NCBI GenBank assembly: GCA_965250285.1 | Contig: OZ252299.1 | Span: 2,880,001 to 2,944,000 of the forward strand | Direction of reading: 5' to 3' | DNA: 64,000 bases | DNA from: Myxococcota bacterium | GTDB taxonomy: Bacteria > Myxococcota_A > UBA9160 > UBA4427 | Shown: positions 54,674-64,000 of the stretch, one piece after another | Layout: every line of letters starts with the position of its first letter | How positions within the stretch are numbered: the stretch's first letter is position 1 | The notes under the pieces: generated by a model | The model's database searches: none | Seen by the model: the letters and a program-made list of their open reading frames with translations, nothing else | Told to the model about the DNA's origin: nothing | Position numbers and translations under genes: made by a program

Positions 54674-54808
54674 TCGCGTTTTCGGGGGCGGCGCCCGCAA
54701 TCGAAGGCGAGCCAGACCCCAGCCCCCCCCGACCGCTCCGAGCGAAAACGCACCTGTCCTGCAAAACGGGCTCGCCGCAGTCTGAGGACGACGCCCCCGA
54801 AAACGCGA
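54674..54808. repeat. 135-bp MITE/REP-like element with 17-bp perfect terminal inverted repeats
   Basis: TCGCGTTTTCGGGGGCG (54674-54690) and CGCCCCCGAAAACGCGA (54792-54808); imperfect pairing continues inward to GGCGAGCC/GGCTCGCC. Confidence 0.6.
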
Positions 54809-54855
54809 CCCGAGCACCCACGCACGAATGAACCGAGCCCCCGGCGGTCGCCCCC

Positions 54856-55212
54856 CTACAGCCACCCACCGGTGAAGTACTTGAGCGCCCCGCGCCCCGC
54901 CATCGCGATGTACTTCTGGATCTCACGGGCCTGGGCACGCGCGCGAATCAGGAACTTGCGCTGCTTGTGGTACTCGGGGCAGCGGTCGGCGCGGCGATCC
55001 TTGAGCTTGGCGAGGTGCAGCTCCATCGAAGCCTCCCACGCCTTGTCGCCGCGGTCCTTCGCCATCTGCAGCACCACGTTCTCGTAGTGGTTGATCTGGT
55101 TCGTCATGCGGCGGCAGTCACCCCGGTTGCCGCGTGTGCGCACGGGCTCACCGAACGCCGCGACGGGCGCCCACAGGACAGCGAGGATCAGAATCGTCAG
55201 GCCAATGCGCAT
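54856..55212 (-). CDS. Small hypothetical secreted protein
   Basis: GGAGGG RBS, signal peptide MRIGLTILILAVLWAPVAAFG, basic helical body with two Cys. Confidence 0.7.
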   Translation of the reverse strand: MRIGLTILILAVLWAPVAAFGEPVRTRGNRGDCRRMTNQINHYENVVLQMAKDRGDKAWEASMELHLAKLKDRRADRCPEYHKQRKFLIRARAQAREIQKYIAMAGRGALKYFTGGWL

Positions 55213-55390
55213 GCCGGCGCCCCTCCAGGCGAGATCGGCGAATCGGCGCCGGCGGTCCGGGCTGGATCGCGGGCGCACCAATCTCCAGAGGACTCATCGG
55301 CCGACGGTCACTCAGGATGAAGAGGCGAGTTGCGCGCCGCTGCGGGGCCGGCGCACGGGGGTGACCCGGCCCACCGACCCACCGGATCGC

Positions 55391-55873
55391 TCAGCCCGTG
55401 ACGCGGAGCGTGGTGTAGCCGAAGACGAGCGGATCTCCCCCAGGGGCCTCTCCCGGCTCGAAGAAGCGAGTCTCGACCATGCCCGTGCCCCCTCGCCGGT
55501 GGACGATGCGACCGTCCATCTCGAAGCGCGGCCCCATGACGGGCCGGAAGTAGTCGATCCGCATGTTGAGCGTCGCGAGCCAGCGGCGCTGGTCGCCCCG
55601 CTCGTTCTCGCGCCCCGCCCAGAACGTGAAGAGCGCCATGAAGTCGACGTAGGTACCGGTGAACCCACCGAACAGCTGGCCGCGCGGATTGCGGACGGCC
55701 GCGGGCAGGTGGGCCGAGACGTGAAGCCGACCGAGCCCGCGGTCGAGCACCTCCCACTCGTAGGCCTCGAGGATGTCGCCGACGGGATGGCCTCGGCCGA
55801 TCACGCGGTTCGGTTCGTCGGGTCGCAGCACCCGCAGCAGCTGCTCGGGCATCGGGTCGTCGGTCACGTGCAC
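55391..55873 (-). CDS. PaaI-family thioesterase (hotdog fold)
   Basis: NPRGQLFGGF, ATLNMRIDYFRPV. Confidence 0.8.
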   Translation of the reverse strand: MHVTDDPMPEQLLRVLRPDEPNRVIGRGHPVGDILEAYEWEVLDRGLGRLHVSAHLPAAVRNPRGQLFGGFTGTYVDFMALFTFWAGRENERGDQRRWLATLNMRIDYFRPVMGPRFEMDGRIVHRRGGTGMVETRFFEPGEAPGGDPLVFGYTTLRVTG

Positions 55874-55941
55874 CTTCTTCGTTCGGGTCTTCGGGCTTCG
55901 TTCGGGCCTTCGGGTTCGTCTCGTGCGTGAGCAGACGCACC

Positions 55942-57495
55942 TCAGAGCCGGTCGGCGAGCGCCCCGCCCTGGCGATGCGCGAGCGCCATCACCGTGTACA
56001 TCGGATTCACGCTCGTGCAGCGCGGAAAGATGCCCGTGTCGGCGATGTAGAGGTTGTCGAGATCGTGGCAGCGCCCGGTCTCGTCCACCACCCCCGACTC
56101 AGCGCGGCCGTGCATGCGGGTGGTGCAGAAGACGTGACTGCTCGCCATCGTGAAATCGCCAGGCTTCGGCTCGCGGCGCGCGATCGCATCGATCTCGTCA
56201 GGCCGCGTGATGATCTCGGGCAGGCCGTGCACGCCGGGCAAGATTCGATCGGCCCCCGCGGCGTCGAGCACCCGACACAGCACCTCGACCGATCGCAACA
56301 TGATGCGCGCGTCCTCTGGATCGAGTCGCCAGTGGATCGCTGGATCGAGCGTGCCGGAGCGCGCGCGCACGGTGCCGAGCGAACGGTGGGTGCTGCAGAT
56401 CGCGTCGAACACGACGGTGTGCGGCATCGCAGCGAGGTGACGTACGAGCGAAGCGCCGACCCCGGGCATCCGCACGCCGAGGGCCGCGGGCGCCGACCAC
56501 AGCGTCTCGAGCTTGAACCCCTCGCGCAGCCAGTGCAGCGACTGATAGCTCTGCGTGCCGCCGAAGATCGGATCGACGTTCTCGGCGAACACACCGGCGG
56601 CGGCGGTGCCCGGATGAAACTGCAGATTGCGACCGACCTGGTCGGAGCGATTCGCGAGATCGCCGCTGCGCTGCAGCAGCACCGGCGTCGCCATGCAGCC
56701 CGCCGCGAGCACGACGACCTTCGCGTTCACGCGCACGCGGTGACCGAGGCGACCGGTGAAGGGCTCGACGACGCGCCCCTCCACGCCGTACGCGCGGGTG
56801 CGCGACGCCCGCACGCGCTGCACCTGCACCGAGGTCAGGACCCGCGCCCCGAGACCGATGGCGGCCGGGATGTAGCTGATGTCCATGCTCTGCTTCGCGC
56901 GTGGCCGACACCCGGTGAAGCACTCTCCGCTGCCCCGGCAGCCGCGCGCGTTGCGTTCGACGGGCTCGCTCTCGACCCCGAGCGCATCGCAGCCGCGCTT
57001 GAAAAGCGCGTTGCGGGGCCCCTGCACGGCATCGGGCGTCGCCGCGATCCCGAGAAAATCCTGCACCGCGTCGAAGTGCGGATCGAGCGCATCGCGGGTC
57101 GTGTGTTCGAGGTCGAAGTGGCTGCACCACTCGTCGAAGACCCACGCCGGCGGACGCACGCACATGGCCGAGTTCACGAGCGACCCGCCGCCCAGCGCGC
57201 AGGCCTGCAGCACCGGCATGAAGTGCCCCGTCGTCGTCCGAAGCCCCCCGTCCCGCAGCGTGCGGGTCATCGACTCGGCGGCGTCCGGCCGAAAGTCGCG
57301 CGCCGTGAAGGGCGGGCCCTCTTCGAGGAGCACGACGCGATGACCGGCTTCGGCGAGTCGGTGCGCCACGACCGCGCCGGCGGGCCCAGACCCGACGACA
57401 ACCGCATCGGCCTCTTCGACGAGGTCTCGGTCGTAGTCGGCGAACACGCGCACGCTGCCCTCGGGCCAGCGGGCGGCCTCGGCGACGGCGCTCAT
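55942..57495 (-). CDS. GMC-family FAD oxidoreductase
   Basis: VVVGSGPAG, LGGGSLVNS, CRGSGECFTGC, VGRNLQFHP, SHVFCT.RM, VNPMYT. Confidence 0.9.
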   Translation of the reverse strand: MSAVAEAARWPEGSVRVFADYDRDLVEEADAVVVGSGPAGAVVAHRLAEAGHRVVLLEEGPPFTARDFRPDAAESMTRTLRDGGLRTTTGHFMPVLQACALGGGSLVNSAMCVRPPAWVFDEWCSHFDLEHTTRDALDPHFDAVQDFLGIAATPDAVQGPRNALFKRGCDALGVESEPVERNARGCRGSGECFTGCRPRAKQSMDISYIPAAIGLGARVLTSVQVQRVRASRTRAYGVEGRVVEPFTGRLGHRVRVNAKVVVLAAGCMATPVLLQRSGDLANRSDQVGRNLQFHPGTAAAGVFAENVDPIFGGTQSYQSLHWLREGFKLETLWSAPAALGVRMPGVGASLVRHLAAMPHTVVFDAICSTHRSLGTVRARSGTLDPAIHWRLDPEDARIMLRSVEVLCRVLDAAGADRILPGVHGLPEIITRPDEIDAIARREPKPGDFTMASSHVFCTTRMHGRAESGVVDETGRCHDLDNLYIADTGIFPRCTSVNPMYTVMALAHRQGGALADRL

Positions 57496-58115
57496 GTCCC
57501 TGGCCTCTGCGGGCGGAGCGGGCGGGTGTCGCGCACCGGGGTGAGATCGGCCTCGGTCCACTCGATCGATGCACTCGACTCGCCGACCGGCGGGTAGAGC
57601 AGGTCGGTCTCGATGACGGGCGACTCGATCGACCACGGAGCGAGGCCGAGCGCACGCAGGTTGTCTGCGTGGCCGAGCACGCCCATCACGACGAAGGCCC
57701 GCAGCGCCGTGAACAGCGAGCGTCGCCATGCCCACGGGCTCTCGGCCCACGCTTCGAGCACGCCGCGCCGCTGGTCCGGGTCGAGCTTCGAGAAGCGACG
57801 AAAGCCGCCATGCCCCCGCGCCGGAAAGAGCAGCGTCGACTGCTCGAAGAAGACGAGCATCGAACGAATCAGCAGACGCTGGCGCCGGGGCAGTGCACCG
57901 ACGTAGCGGTCGACGTAATCGGCGAGCTCGGCGCGCGCGCCGGGTCGTGCGAGGCCGCGCTTCGCCTCGGGCAACAGCGCGTCGGCGGCGGCATCGAGAA
58001 AGGCGAGCTCCGCCGCGGAGACGACGCTCGAGGTGCGCGTCGGCTTCGGCACTCCGACGAAGAGCCGAAAGCCGAGCCAGACGAAGAAGAGCGCAACGAG
58101 CGTCGGAAGCACCAC
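57492..58115 (-). CDS. Gluconate 2-dehydrogenase subunit 3-like partner of the GMC oxidoreductase
   Basis: N-terminal TM; AAADALLP, RRFSKL...R..VLEAW, helical; ATGA coupling to the GMC gene. Confidence 0.65.
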   Translation of the reverse strand: MVLPTLVALFFVWLGFRLFVGVPKPTRTSSVVSAAELAFLDAAADALLPEAKRGLARPGARAELADYVDRYVGALPRRQRLLIRSMLVFFEQSTLLFPARGHGGFRRFSKLDPDQRRGVLEAWAESPWAWRRSLFTALRAFVVMGVLGHADNLRALGLAPWSIESPVIETDLLYPPVGESSASIEWTEADLTPVRDTRPLRPQRPGT

Positions 58116-58379
58116 GCCACGAGCATCGCCCAGACCCGCGCGGCTCGCTCGAACGCCCGTGCACACGGCTGCGCGCGACGCAGCCCCGGCCCTGCACGCA
58201 GGAGCAGACGCGGCGCTGCACGCAGGCGCCACCGGGCGGTGGGGTATGCTGGCGCGCCGCGGCGCGCGCACGCGCGCAACGCATCCCCGCTCGAGAGGGC
58301 CTGCAGCGGATCGAACCCGAGAGCGTGCTGCTCCGAACCGAAGCGCGGCCCCGCCGCCTTGGCCGCACCGGGAGGCGAC

Positions 58380-59933
58380 ATGAGCTGGAAGCCCGAAGTC
58401 GAAGGCATCGAAGCGCGGCGCAAGGCCGCCCTCGAGATGGGAGGCGAGGCCGCCACCCAGCGGCAGCACGAGAAGGGGCGGCTGACGGTGCGCGAGCGCA
58501 TCGATGCGCTCGCCGACGCGGGCAGCTTTCGCGAGCAGGGGCCGATCGCCGGCTACGGCGAGACCGACGACGAGGGCCGGCTCGTCGAGTTCACACCGGC
58601 CAACTACGTGCTCGGTACCGTCGCCGTCGAGGGCCGTCCGTGCGTGGTGGGCGGTGAAGACTTCACCCAGCGCGGCGGTTCGCCGACGCCGGCGGGCCTG
58701 CGCAAGAGCGTCTACGCCGAAGAGCTGGCCTGGCGGCAGCGCCTGCCCCTCGTTCGCCTGCTCGAGGGCGGCGGCGGCAGCGTCGCCGGCACGGGCGGCA
58801 AGAAAGGGCAGCCGCGCCCGATGGGCGACCCGGTGTTCGCCAACCCGCGCTTCGAGTCGATCGCGATGGTGCTCGAGACCGCGCCCGTCGTCTCGGTCGC
58901 GCTGGGCGCGGTGGCGGGGTTCCCGGCCGCGCGCCTCGCCGCCTCCCATCTCTCGATCATGACGAAGCACACCTCGCAGGTGTTGATCGCCGGCCCTGCG
59001 GTGGTCGAGCGCGCAACCGGCGAGCACTTGACGAAAGACGAGCTGGGCGGACCGGGCATCCACCTGAAGAGCGGTGTCGTCGACAACGTCGCCGAGGACG
59101 AGCGCGAAGCCCTCGACATGGCGCGGCGCTTCCTCTCCTACCTGCCGCGCAACGTCGACTTCCTGCCGCCGCGGAGCGACTGCAACGACCCCCGCGACCG
59201 ATCTGAAGAGAAGCTGCTCGACATCGTGCCGCGCGACCGACGCAAGGTCTACAAGATGCGCAAGATCCTCGAGGCCGTCTTCGATACGGGCTCGTTCTTC
59301 GAGATGAGCCCGCTCTACGGTCGCTCGCAGATCGTCGGGCTCGCGCGCTTGATGGGCACGCCGGTGGGCGTCTTCGCCAACGACCCGATGTTCTATGCCG
59401 GTTCGATGGGCGCCGACGGGGCGCAGAAGGTCGCCCGCTTTCTGCGCTTCTGTGAGACGTTCCACCTGCCGGTCGTCTCGTTCGTCGACGAGCCCGGCTT
59501 CATGATCGGGCTCGAGAGCGAGAAGGCCGGGACGATCCGCTACGGCGTCGACGCGATCGTGGCCGGCGTCCGCTCGACGGTGCCGTGGGCGACGGTGGCC
59601 GTACGCAAGTCGTACGGGGTCGCCGCCGCGGCGCACTACGGTCCGCGCGGCACGGTGTTCACGTGGCCGAGCGCCGAGGCGGGCGCCCTGCCCCTCGAAG
59701 GTGGCGTCGCGGTGGCGTTCCGGCGCGAGATCGCGGCCGCACCCGATCCCGATGCGAAGCGCGCCGAGCTCGAAGAGATGCTCGCGAGGCGCCGCACGCC
59801 GTTTCCGCGCGCCGAGGCCTTCGCAGCCCACGATCTGATCGATCCGCGACGCACGCGACCGGTGCTCTGCGATTGGCTCGAGCTCGTCTGGCCCGGGCAT
59901 GAAGCCGCGGTGCTACGGGGCGGACCGCGCTGA
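58380..59933 (+). CDS. Acyl-CoA carboxylase carboxyltransferase subunit
   Basis: MGG...QHEKGRLTVRERI, DFTQRGGS, ELGG, FVDEPGFMIG, IDPRRTR; GGAGG RBS. Confidence 0.92.
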   Translation: MSWKPEVEGIEARRKAALEMGGEAATQRQHEKGRLTVRERIDALADAGSFREQGPIAGYGETDDEGRLVEFTPANYVLGTVAVEGRPCVVGGEDFTQRGGSPTPAGLRKSVYAEELAWRQRLPLVRLLEGGGGSVAGTGGKKGQPRPMGDPVFANPRFESIAMVLETAPVVSVALGAVAGFPAARLAASHLSIMTKHTSQVLIAGPAVVERATGEHLTKDELGGPGIHLKSGVVDNVAEDEREALDMARRFLSYLPRNVDFLPPRSDCNDPRDRSEEKLLDIVPRDRRKVYKMRKILEAVFDTGSFFEMSPLYGRSQIVGLARLMGTPVGVFANDPMFYAGSMGADGAQKVARFLRFCETFHLPVVSFVDEPGFMIGLESEKAGTIRYGVDAIVAGVRSTVPWATVAVRKSYGVAAAAHYGPRGTVFTWPSAEAGALPLEGGVAVAFRREIAAAPDPDAKRAELEEMLARRRTPFPRAEAFAAHDLIDPRRTRPVLCDWLELVWPGHEAAVLRGGPR

Positions 59934-59980
59934 GCGGTGTCCCCCCGATCTGACCCGGCGGCACGACGCGGGTCGCGCGG

Positions 59981-61315
59981 TCAGCCCCGATCGTAGGTCA
60001 GCGCGCGCGCAGCCCTCGCCTCGACGTGCTGGCCGGCCTGCCAGACGACCTGCCCGTTGACGATCGTCGTCTGGATGCGGCTGCCGAAGCGGCGGCCTGC
60101 AAAGGGCGTCCAACCGCACTTGCTGAAGACCGGCTCGTCATCGACGACGTACTCGGCACGGTCGTCGACCAGAACGAGATCGGCGAACCAGCCTTCGCGC
60201 AGGTGCCCCCGCTCGGCCACATCGAACAGCGCGGCCGGTGCGTGGCAGGCCTTCTTCACCAGATGAGGCAGGTCGAAGCGCCCGGCGCTCACGTGCTCGA
60301 AGAGCGTGAGCAGGGCGTGCTGAACGAGCGGCAGTCCGGCGGGCGCATCGAGAAAGGGGCGCCCCTTCTCTTCGCGGGTGTGGGGTGCGTGGTCGGTGGC
60401 GATCACGTCGATCCGATCTTCGGCGACCGCGCGCACGATCGCCTCTCGATCTTCGGCGGTCTTGATCGAGGGGTTGCACTTGATGTCGGCCCCCTTCGAC
60501 GCGTAGTCGCCCTCGTCGAAGTACATGTGGTGCACGCAGGCCTCGGCGGTGATGCGCTTGCCCTCGACTGGTCCAGGCTCGAAGAGCGCCAGCTCCTCGG
60601 CCGTCGTCAGGTGCAACACGTGGAGCCGCGCGTCGTGCTTCTTCGCGAGCTCGACGGCGAGCGAGGACGACTGCCAGCACGCTTCGCGCGATCGGATGTT
60701 GGCATGCAAATGGGCCGGCGCATCCGAGCCGTGCTCCTCTCGAGCGGCGGCCTCGTTGGCGAGGATCGTCGGCGTATCTTCGCAGTGCGTGGCGATCAAC
60801 AGGGGAGAAGCGCGAAAGATGCCGTCGAGCGTCTCGGGTGAATCGACCAGCATGTTGCCCGTCGATGCGCCCATGAAGACCTTCAATCCACAGGCCTTCG
60901 ATACGTCGACGCGCATGATCTCTTCGAGGTTGTCGTTCGTCGCCCCGAAGTAGAAGCCCCAGTTCGCCCAGGCCGAGTCGGCTGCGCGGCGGTGCTTGTC
61001 TTCGAGGGCCGCGGCATCGACCGTCAGCGGGTTGCAGTTGGGCATCTCCATGAAGCTGGTGATGCCGCCGGCGACGGCCGCCTTCGACTCGGTGCCGAGA
61101 TCACCCTTGTGCGTGAAGCCCGGCTCTCGAAAGTGCACCTGATCGTCGATCATGCCGGGCATCAAGACGGCGCCGTCGGCGTCGATCACCGTCTCGCCGG
61201 CACGGCCTTCGACCGCCGGGCCGATCGCATCGATGCGCTCGCCGTCGACCCGCAGATCGCCCTCGCGTACGTCGCCATCGGTCACGATGCGGGCATTGAC
61301 GATGCGGAGGCTCAT
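59981..61315 (-). CDS. pyrC: Dihydroorotase
   Basis: IDDQVHFREPG, GGITSFMEMPN, KVFMGASTG, KCNP, ATDHAPH, SKCGWTPF. Confidence 0.92.
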   Translation of the reverse strand: MSLRIVNARIVTDGDVREGDLRVDGERIDAIGPAVEGRAGETVIDADGAVLMPGMIDDQVHFREPGFTHKGDLGTESKAAVAGGITSFMEMPNCNPLTVDAAALEDKHRRAADSAWANWGFYFGATNDNLEEIMRVDVSKACGLKVFMGASTGNMLVDSPETLDGIFRASPLLIATHCEDTPTILANEAAAREEHGSDAPAHLHANIRSREACWQSSSLAVELAKKHDARLHVLHLTTAEELALFEPGPVEGKRITAEACVHHMYFDEGDYASKGADIKCNPSIKTAEDREAIVRAVAEDRIDVIATDHAPHTREEKGRPFLDAPAGLPLVQHALLTLFEHVSAGRFDLPHLVKKACHAPAALFDVAERGHLREGWFADLVLVDDRAEYVVDDEPVFSKCGWTPFAGRRFGSRIQTTIVNGQVVWQAGQHVEARAARALTYDRG

Positions 61316-61423
61316 GACGTTTCTCCCGCCGAGTCGGCGTCAGGTGTGGGCGCGAACGGGTCGAGTGTAGGACGCGACGGGGCGACGCGTCGCCCTCGAC
61401 CGAGAGGGCGAGGCGCAAGCACG

Positions 61424-62632
61424 CTACCAGGCGCCGCCGGTCTGAATGTAGAACGCGAACGTGTCTTGGCTGAAGCCGAAGTCGACGCCGCTATGGAGCC
61501 CCATCATCCGGGCGAGGAGATACCGGAACCCGAAGCCTCCGGCCGGCACCGCGCCCGGGTCCTCGAACTCGTCCGACTTTCGCCCGTCGATCCAGCCGAC
61601 GCCCGCGAACCCGATCAGGCTCAGTCGACGCCAGACCCGCCAGCGCAGCTCGAGCTCGCCCTGCCATGCACGGTCGTCCTGATACCGGAGCGCCGGCACG
61701 CCGCGCAGCTTGATGTACGGCTCCATGTAGAACGGCGCGTCCCCGAAGCTGAAGTCGGCCCCGATGTTCAGCCCCGCCACCAGCTTCTCGTCGAAGAACG
61801 GGTGGTACGTGATGAAGCTCGTCTCGAGGATGTCGAAGTTGTTGTCGCCGCCAAAGAAGTCGCGCCAGAACGTGTGATAGACACGAACGTTCTGACCGCG
61901 GTTCGGCGTGAAGATGTTGTCGCGGTTGTCGTAGATGCCGAGCACCGAGAGGCCCGAATTCTTGTCGGTATCGAAGCGAAACAGCTCGTCGAAAGGCGGC
62001 GGCACGAGATCCGCCACGGGCGTGCTGGGCTTCAGGTACAGATAGCGATAGCGAGCCCCGAGAAAGAAATCCGACCGAAAGAGCCTCGCTTGGAACTCGT
62101 GGCTGACGATGCCGCCCTCGACGGTGTAGGGAAAGCTCAGACTCGTCGTGTCGCCATCGATGAAGAGATCGACGTTCGCCGCCATGTAGCCGCCGAACGT
62201 GAGCGTTCGAAACTGGTCTTCGCGCCACGAGCCGAAATGACCGCCGCCCGCGCCCCACGATTTGCTCTCGGTTCCGAAGCCGAAGCCGAACGAGATGCTC
62301 GGCGGCAGACCCAGCGGCTTCTCGGGGTGCTCCTTCTGGCGTTCTCGATCCCGCGCCGTCTTGTGAAAGAAGAGCAGCGCAGCGCCGCCGCCGTAACCGA
62401 CCGCCGGCTCGGTCACGATGATCGGCACCGGCATCGCACCGCGCTTGTTGAGCAGCCAGTCGCTCATGTCGAACTGGCCGTCGGTCGGGTCGACGAACGC
62501 CTCGGTCAGGAAGCCCTGGGCGCGCGCAGGCCCGGCCTGCAGCCAGAGGCACACGACTGCGCCCACCACCCCCACCGCGCCCAGGCAGCGCCGAACGCGG
62601 TGGCTGCGCTTCGGCCGATCCGGCCCCGTCAT
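61424..62632 (-). CDS. BamA/TamA (Omp85-like) barrel-only outer-membrane protein
   Basis: Signal peptide; PIIVTEPAVGYG, YDNRDNIFTP.RG, LRG...RY, GFGFRY, C-terminal W. Confidence 0.8.
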   Translation of the reverse strand: MTGPDRPKRSHRVRRCLGAVGVVGAVVCLWLQAGPARAQGFLTEAFVDPTDGQFDMSDWLLNKRGAMPVPIIVTEPAVGYGGGAALLFFHKTARDRERQKEHPEKPLGLPPSISFGFGFGTESKSWGAGGGHFGSWREDQFRTLTFGGYMAANVDLFIDGDTTSLSFPYTVEGGIVSHEFQARLFRSDFFLGARYRYLYLKPSTPVADLVPPPFDELFRFDTDKNSGLSVLGIYDNRDNIFTPNRGQNVRVYHTFWRDFFGGDNNFDILETSFITYHPFFDEKLVAGLNIGADFSFGDAPFYMEPYIKLRGVPALRYQDDRAWQGELELRWRVWRRLSLIGFAGVGWIDGRKSDEFEDPGAVPAGGFGFRYLLARMMGLHSGVDFGFSQDTFAFYIQTGGAW

Positions 62633-62733
62633 CCTCGAAATCCCCTCGCCCACGAGAAAATCGCGCTCGCGCCACACCGACGCGATAGCACAGGGTGCAT
62701 CGCGACGACCCGAGCGAGCGCGCAGCCGCGCAC

Positions 62734-63858
62734 CTAGAAGCCGCGGGCCGGACCCCGAATGCAGTACGCACGCAGGGCCGGGTCGAGACAAGATCGATCG
62801 ATGAACTGGTCGACCTGATCGGAGTGCGCGTCGAGCCTGCGCTCGTAGGTCGACGGGTCGACGCGACCGATCTCGGCGGCGATCGCGCGCACGATGCCAT
62901 TGCTGATGCCCGCGTCGAAGTGGTGCAGATCCTTGTAGCGCGACAGGTCGTGCGTGATCACCCGCTCCGTCTGGAAGTCGTGGATCGCGACGTTCGGCGC
63001 CACGCCGAACGCATCGACGACACCGCGCTTGAACGCGAGTCGCTCTTCGAACTCGTGATCCGAGACCAGGTGATCGGCGACGTACGCGACGATCGAGTAC
63101 GGCGCGAAGAACAGATCGAACTGCACGCTCGGGTTCTCGCGCACGAGCGGCCCGATGAAACGCTCGACCTTGCGACGCGTGACGGGCGCCGTGCGTCCGA
63201 AGTCATTGCCGGGCAGCGCCTTCTCGCGCGCGACCCAGCGGCGGATGCGCTGCCAAGAAGCCTCGACCTGGACCGGGCCGAACTGCGATGTCTCGGCCCA
63301 GCGGTTGAGCGTCTCGAGATCACGGTGGCCTCGGCCGAGCAGCGCGTCGCGAGAGAGGCGCAGGGTGTCGAGCGAGAGCAGGTAGCCCCCGATGGTCTCG
63401 AAGCCGGGCTGGTAGAGATGACGCGGGAGCGCGTCGTCTCCCCATGGCGAGAGGGGCGAGTCGCGGAACGCCAGATGGTCGAGCCCCCAGATGACGCGTT
63501 TCACCTGACCCGTGTCGATGGCCGCCTGCACGAGGGCCGCCTGCTCGACCGCCCGCGACCCCTCGACGGCGAGCTTGATCGCTCGTCCGCCGAGCTCCGC
63601 TTCGACGAGGCGCGGGGAGAGGTTCTCGGTGTGCGAGGTGCCGACGATGATGGTGTCGTAGTCGTGCGTGCGGATGAGCCCCGCGTTCTGATGTCGTTGG
63701 TTCTCGGTGTAGATCGGCGAGTAGGCCGCACGACGCAGGATCTGCAGGGGATCGACCGCAAAGTTCACCGCACCGACGAGCGCCACGAACAGGATCGCCC
63801 CACCGACCACGATCGGCAGATACAGCCCCTCTCTCGGATGCGTCGGCGTCGTTGTCAT
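62734..63858 (-). CDS. SGNH-like membrane-anchored protein (MBOAT partner, DltD/AlgJ-like)
   Basis: TM ending VNFAVDP; IIVGTS (block I-like); YKDLHHF (DxxH). Confidence 0.7.
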   Translation of the reverse strand: MTTTPTHPREGLYLPIVVGGAILFVALVGAVNFAVDPLQILRRAAYSPIYTENQRHQNAGLIRTHDYDTIIVGTSHTENLSPRLVEAELGGRAIKLAVEGSRAVEQAALVQAAIDTGQVKRVIWGLDHLAFRDSPLSPWGDDALPRHLYQPGFETIGGYLLSLDTLRLSRDALLGRGHRDLETLNRWAETSQFGPVQVEASWQRIRRWVAREKALPGNDFGRTAPVTRRKVERFIGPLVRENPSVQFDLFFAPYSIVAYVADHLVSDHEFEERLAFKRGVVDAFGVAPNVAIHDFQTERVITHDLSRYKDLHHFDAGISNGIVRAIAAEIGRVDPSTYERRLDAHSDQVDQFIDRSCLDPALRAYCIRGPARGF

Positions 63859-63882
63859 CGGTCGAGCTCGCCTCGCCCCTGG

Positions 63883-64000
63883 CTAGAACTGGAAGTACAG
63901 GAACTCGCTGTAGCGCCGGATCCCGAGCAGCGCCGCAGCCGCCACGAGCGCAACCCCCGCGGCCAGGGAGGGCGTCGGTCGCCAGCGGAGCCCTCGCGCG
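63883..64000 (-). CDS. C-terminal end of an MBOAT-family O-acyltransferase (AlgI/DltB-like; partial)
   Basis: Minus strand ends …LLGIRRYSEFLYFQF*, the hallmark FLYFQF terminus. Confidence 0.85.
   Translation of the reverse strand, partial: ARGLRWRPTPSLAAGVALVAAAALLGIRRYSEFLYFQF

Overview
High-GC (roughly 70% by eye) bacterial chromosomal segment with about 54 protein-coding genes, mostly housekeeping and catabolic. No rRNA, tRNA, CRISPR array, integrase, transposase or phage gene was recognisable. A PEP-CTERM protein, a TIGR03790-like protein, lipoproteins, outer-membrane barrels, dapL, an LLM/F420-type oxidoreductase and many c-type cytochromes indicate a diderm organism, possibly Myxococcota-like (inference only). 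Recognisable genes include clpP (Asn-triad type), dapL, ettA, lhr, pyrC, an ADP-forming acyl-CoA synthetase, a quinohemoprotein alcohol dehydrogenase, a REC-GGDEF cyclase, a 7TM-PAS histidine kinase and a CusF-SCO copper locus. The most striking structure is at 31.5-38.3 kb. The ettA-[cargo]-snoaL interval occurs twice with different cargo genes (SGNH hydrolase versus a CMAH-like metallo-beta-lactamase). The copies are joined by a snoaL'/'ettA fusion scar, share an 87-bp identical core, and have recoded ettA 3' tails. This suggests an integrase-free, 1736-bp cassette added at the 3' end of ettA. Other leads are an in-frame TAG in an FkbM gene, a candidate sRNA between convergent genes at about 19.1 kb, a MITE-like inverted repeat at 54.7 kb, and several unusual heme c/PQQ redox proteins. 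All family assignments come from motif recognition by eye; no searches were run. Start codons are best guesses.
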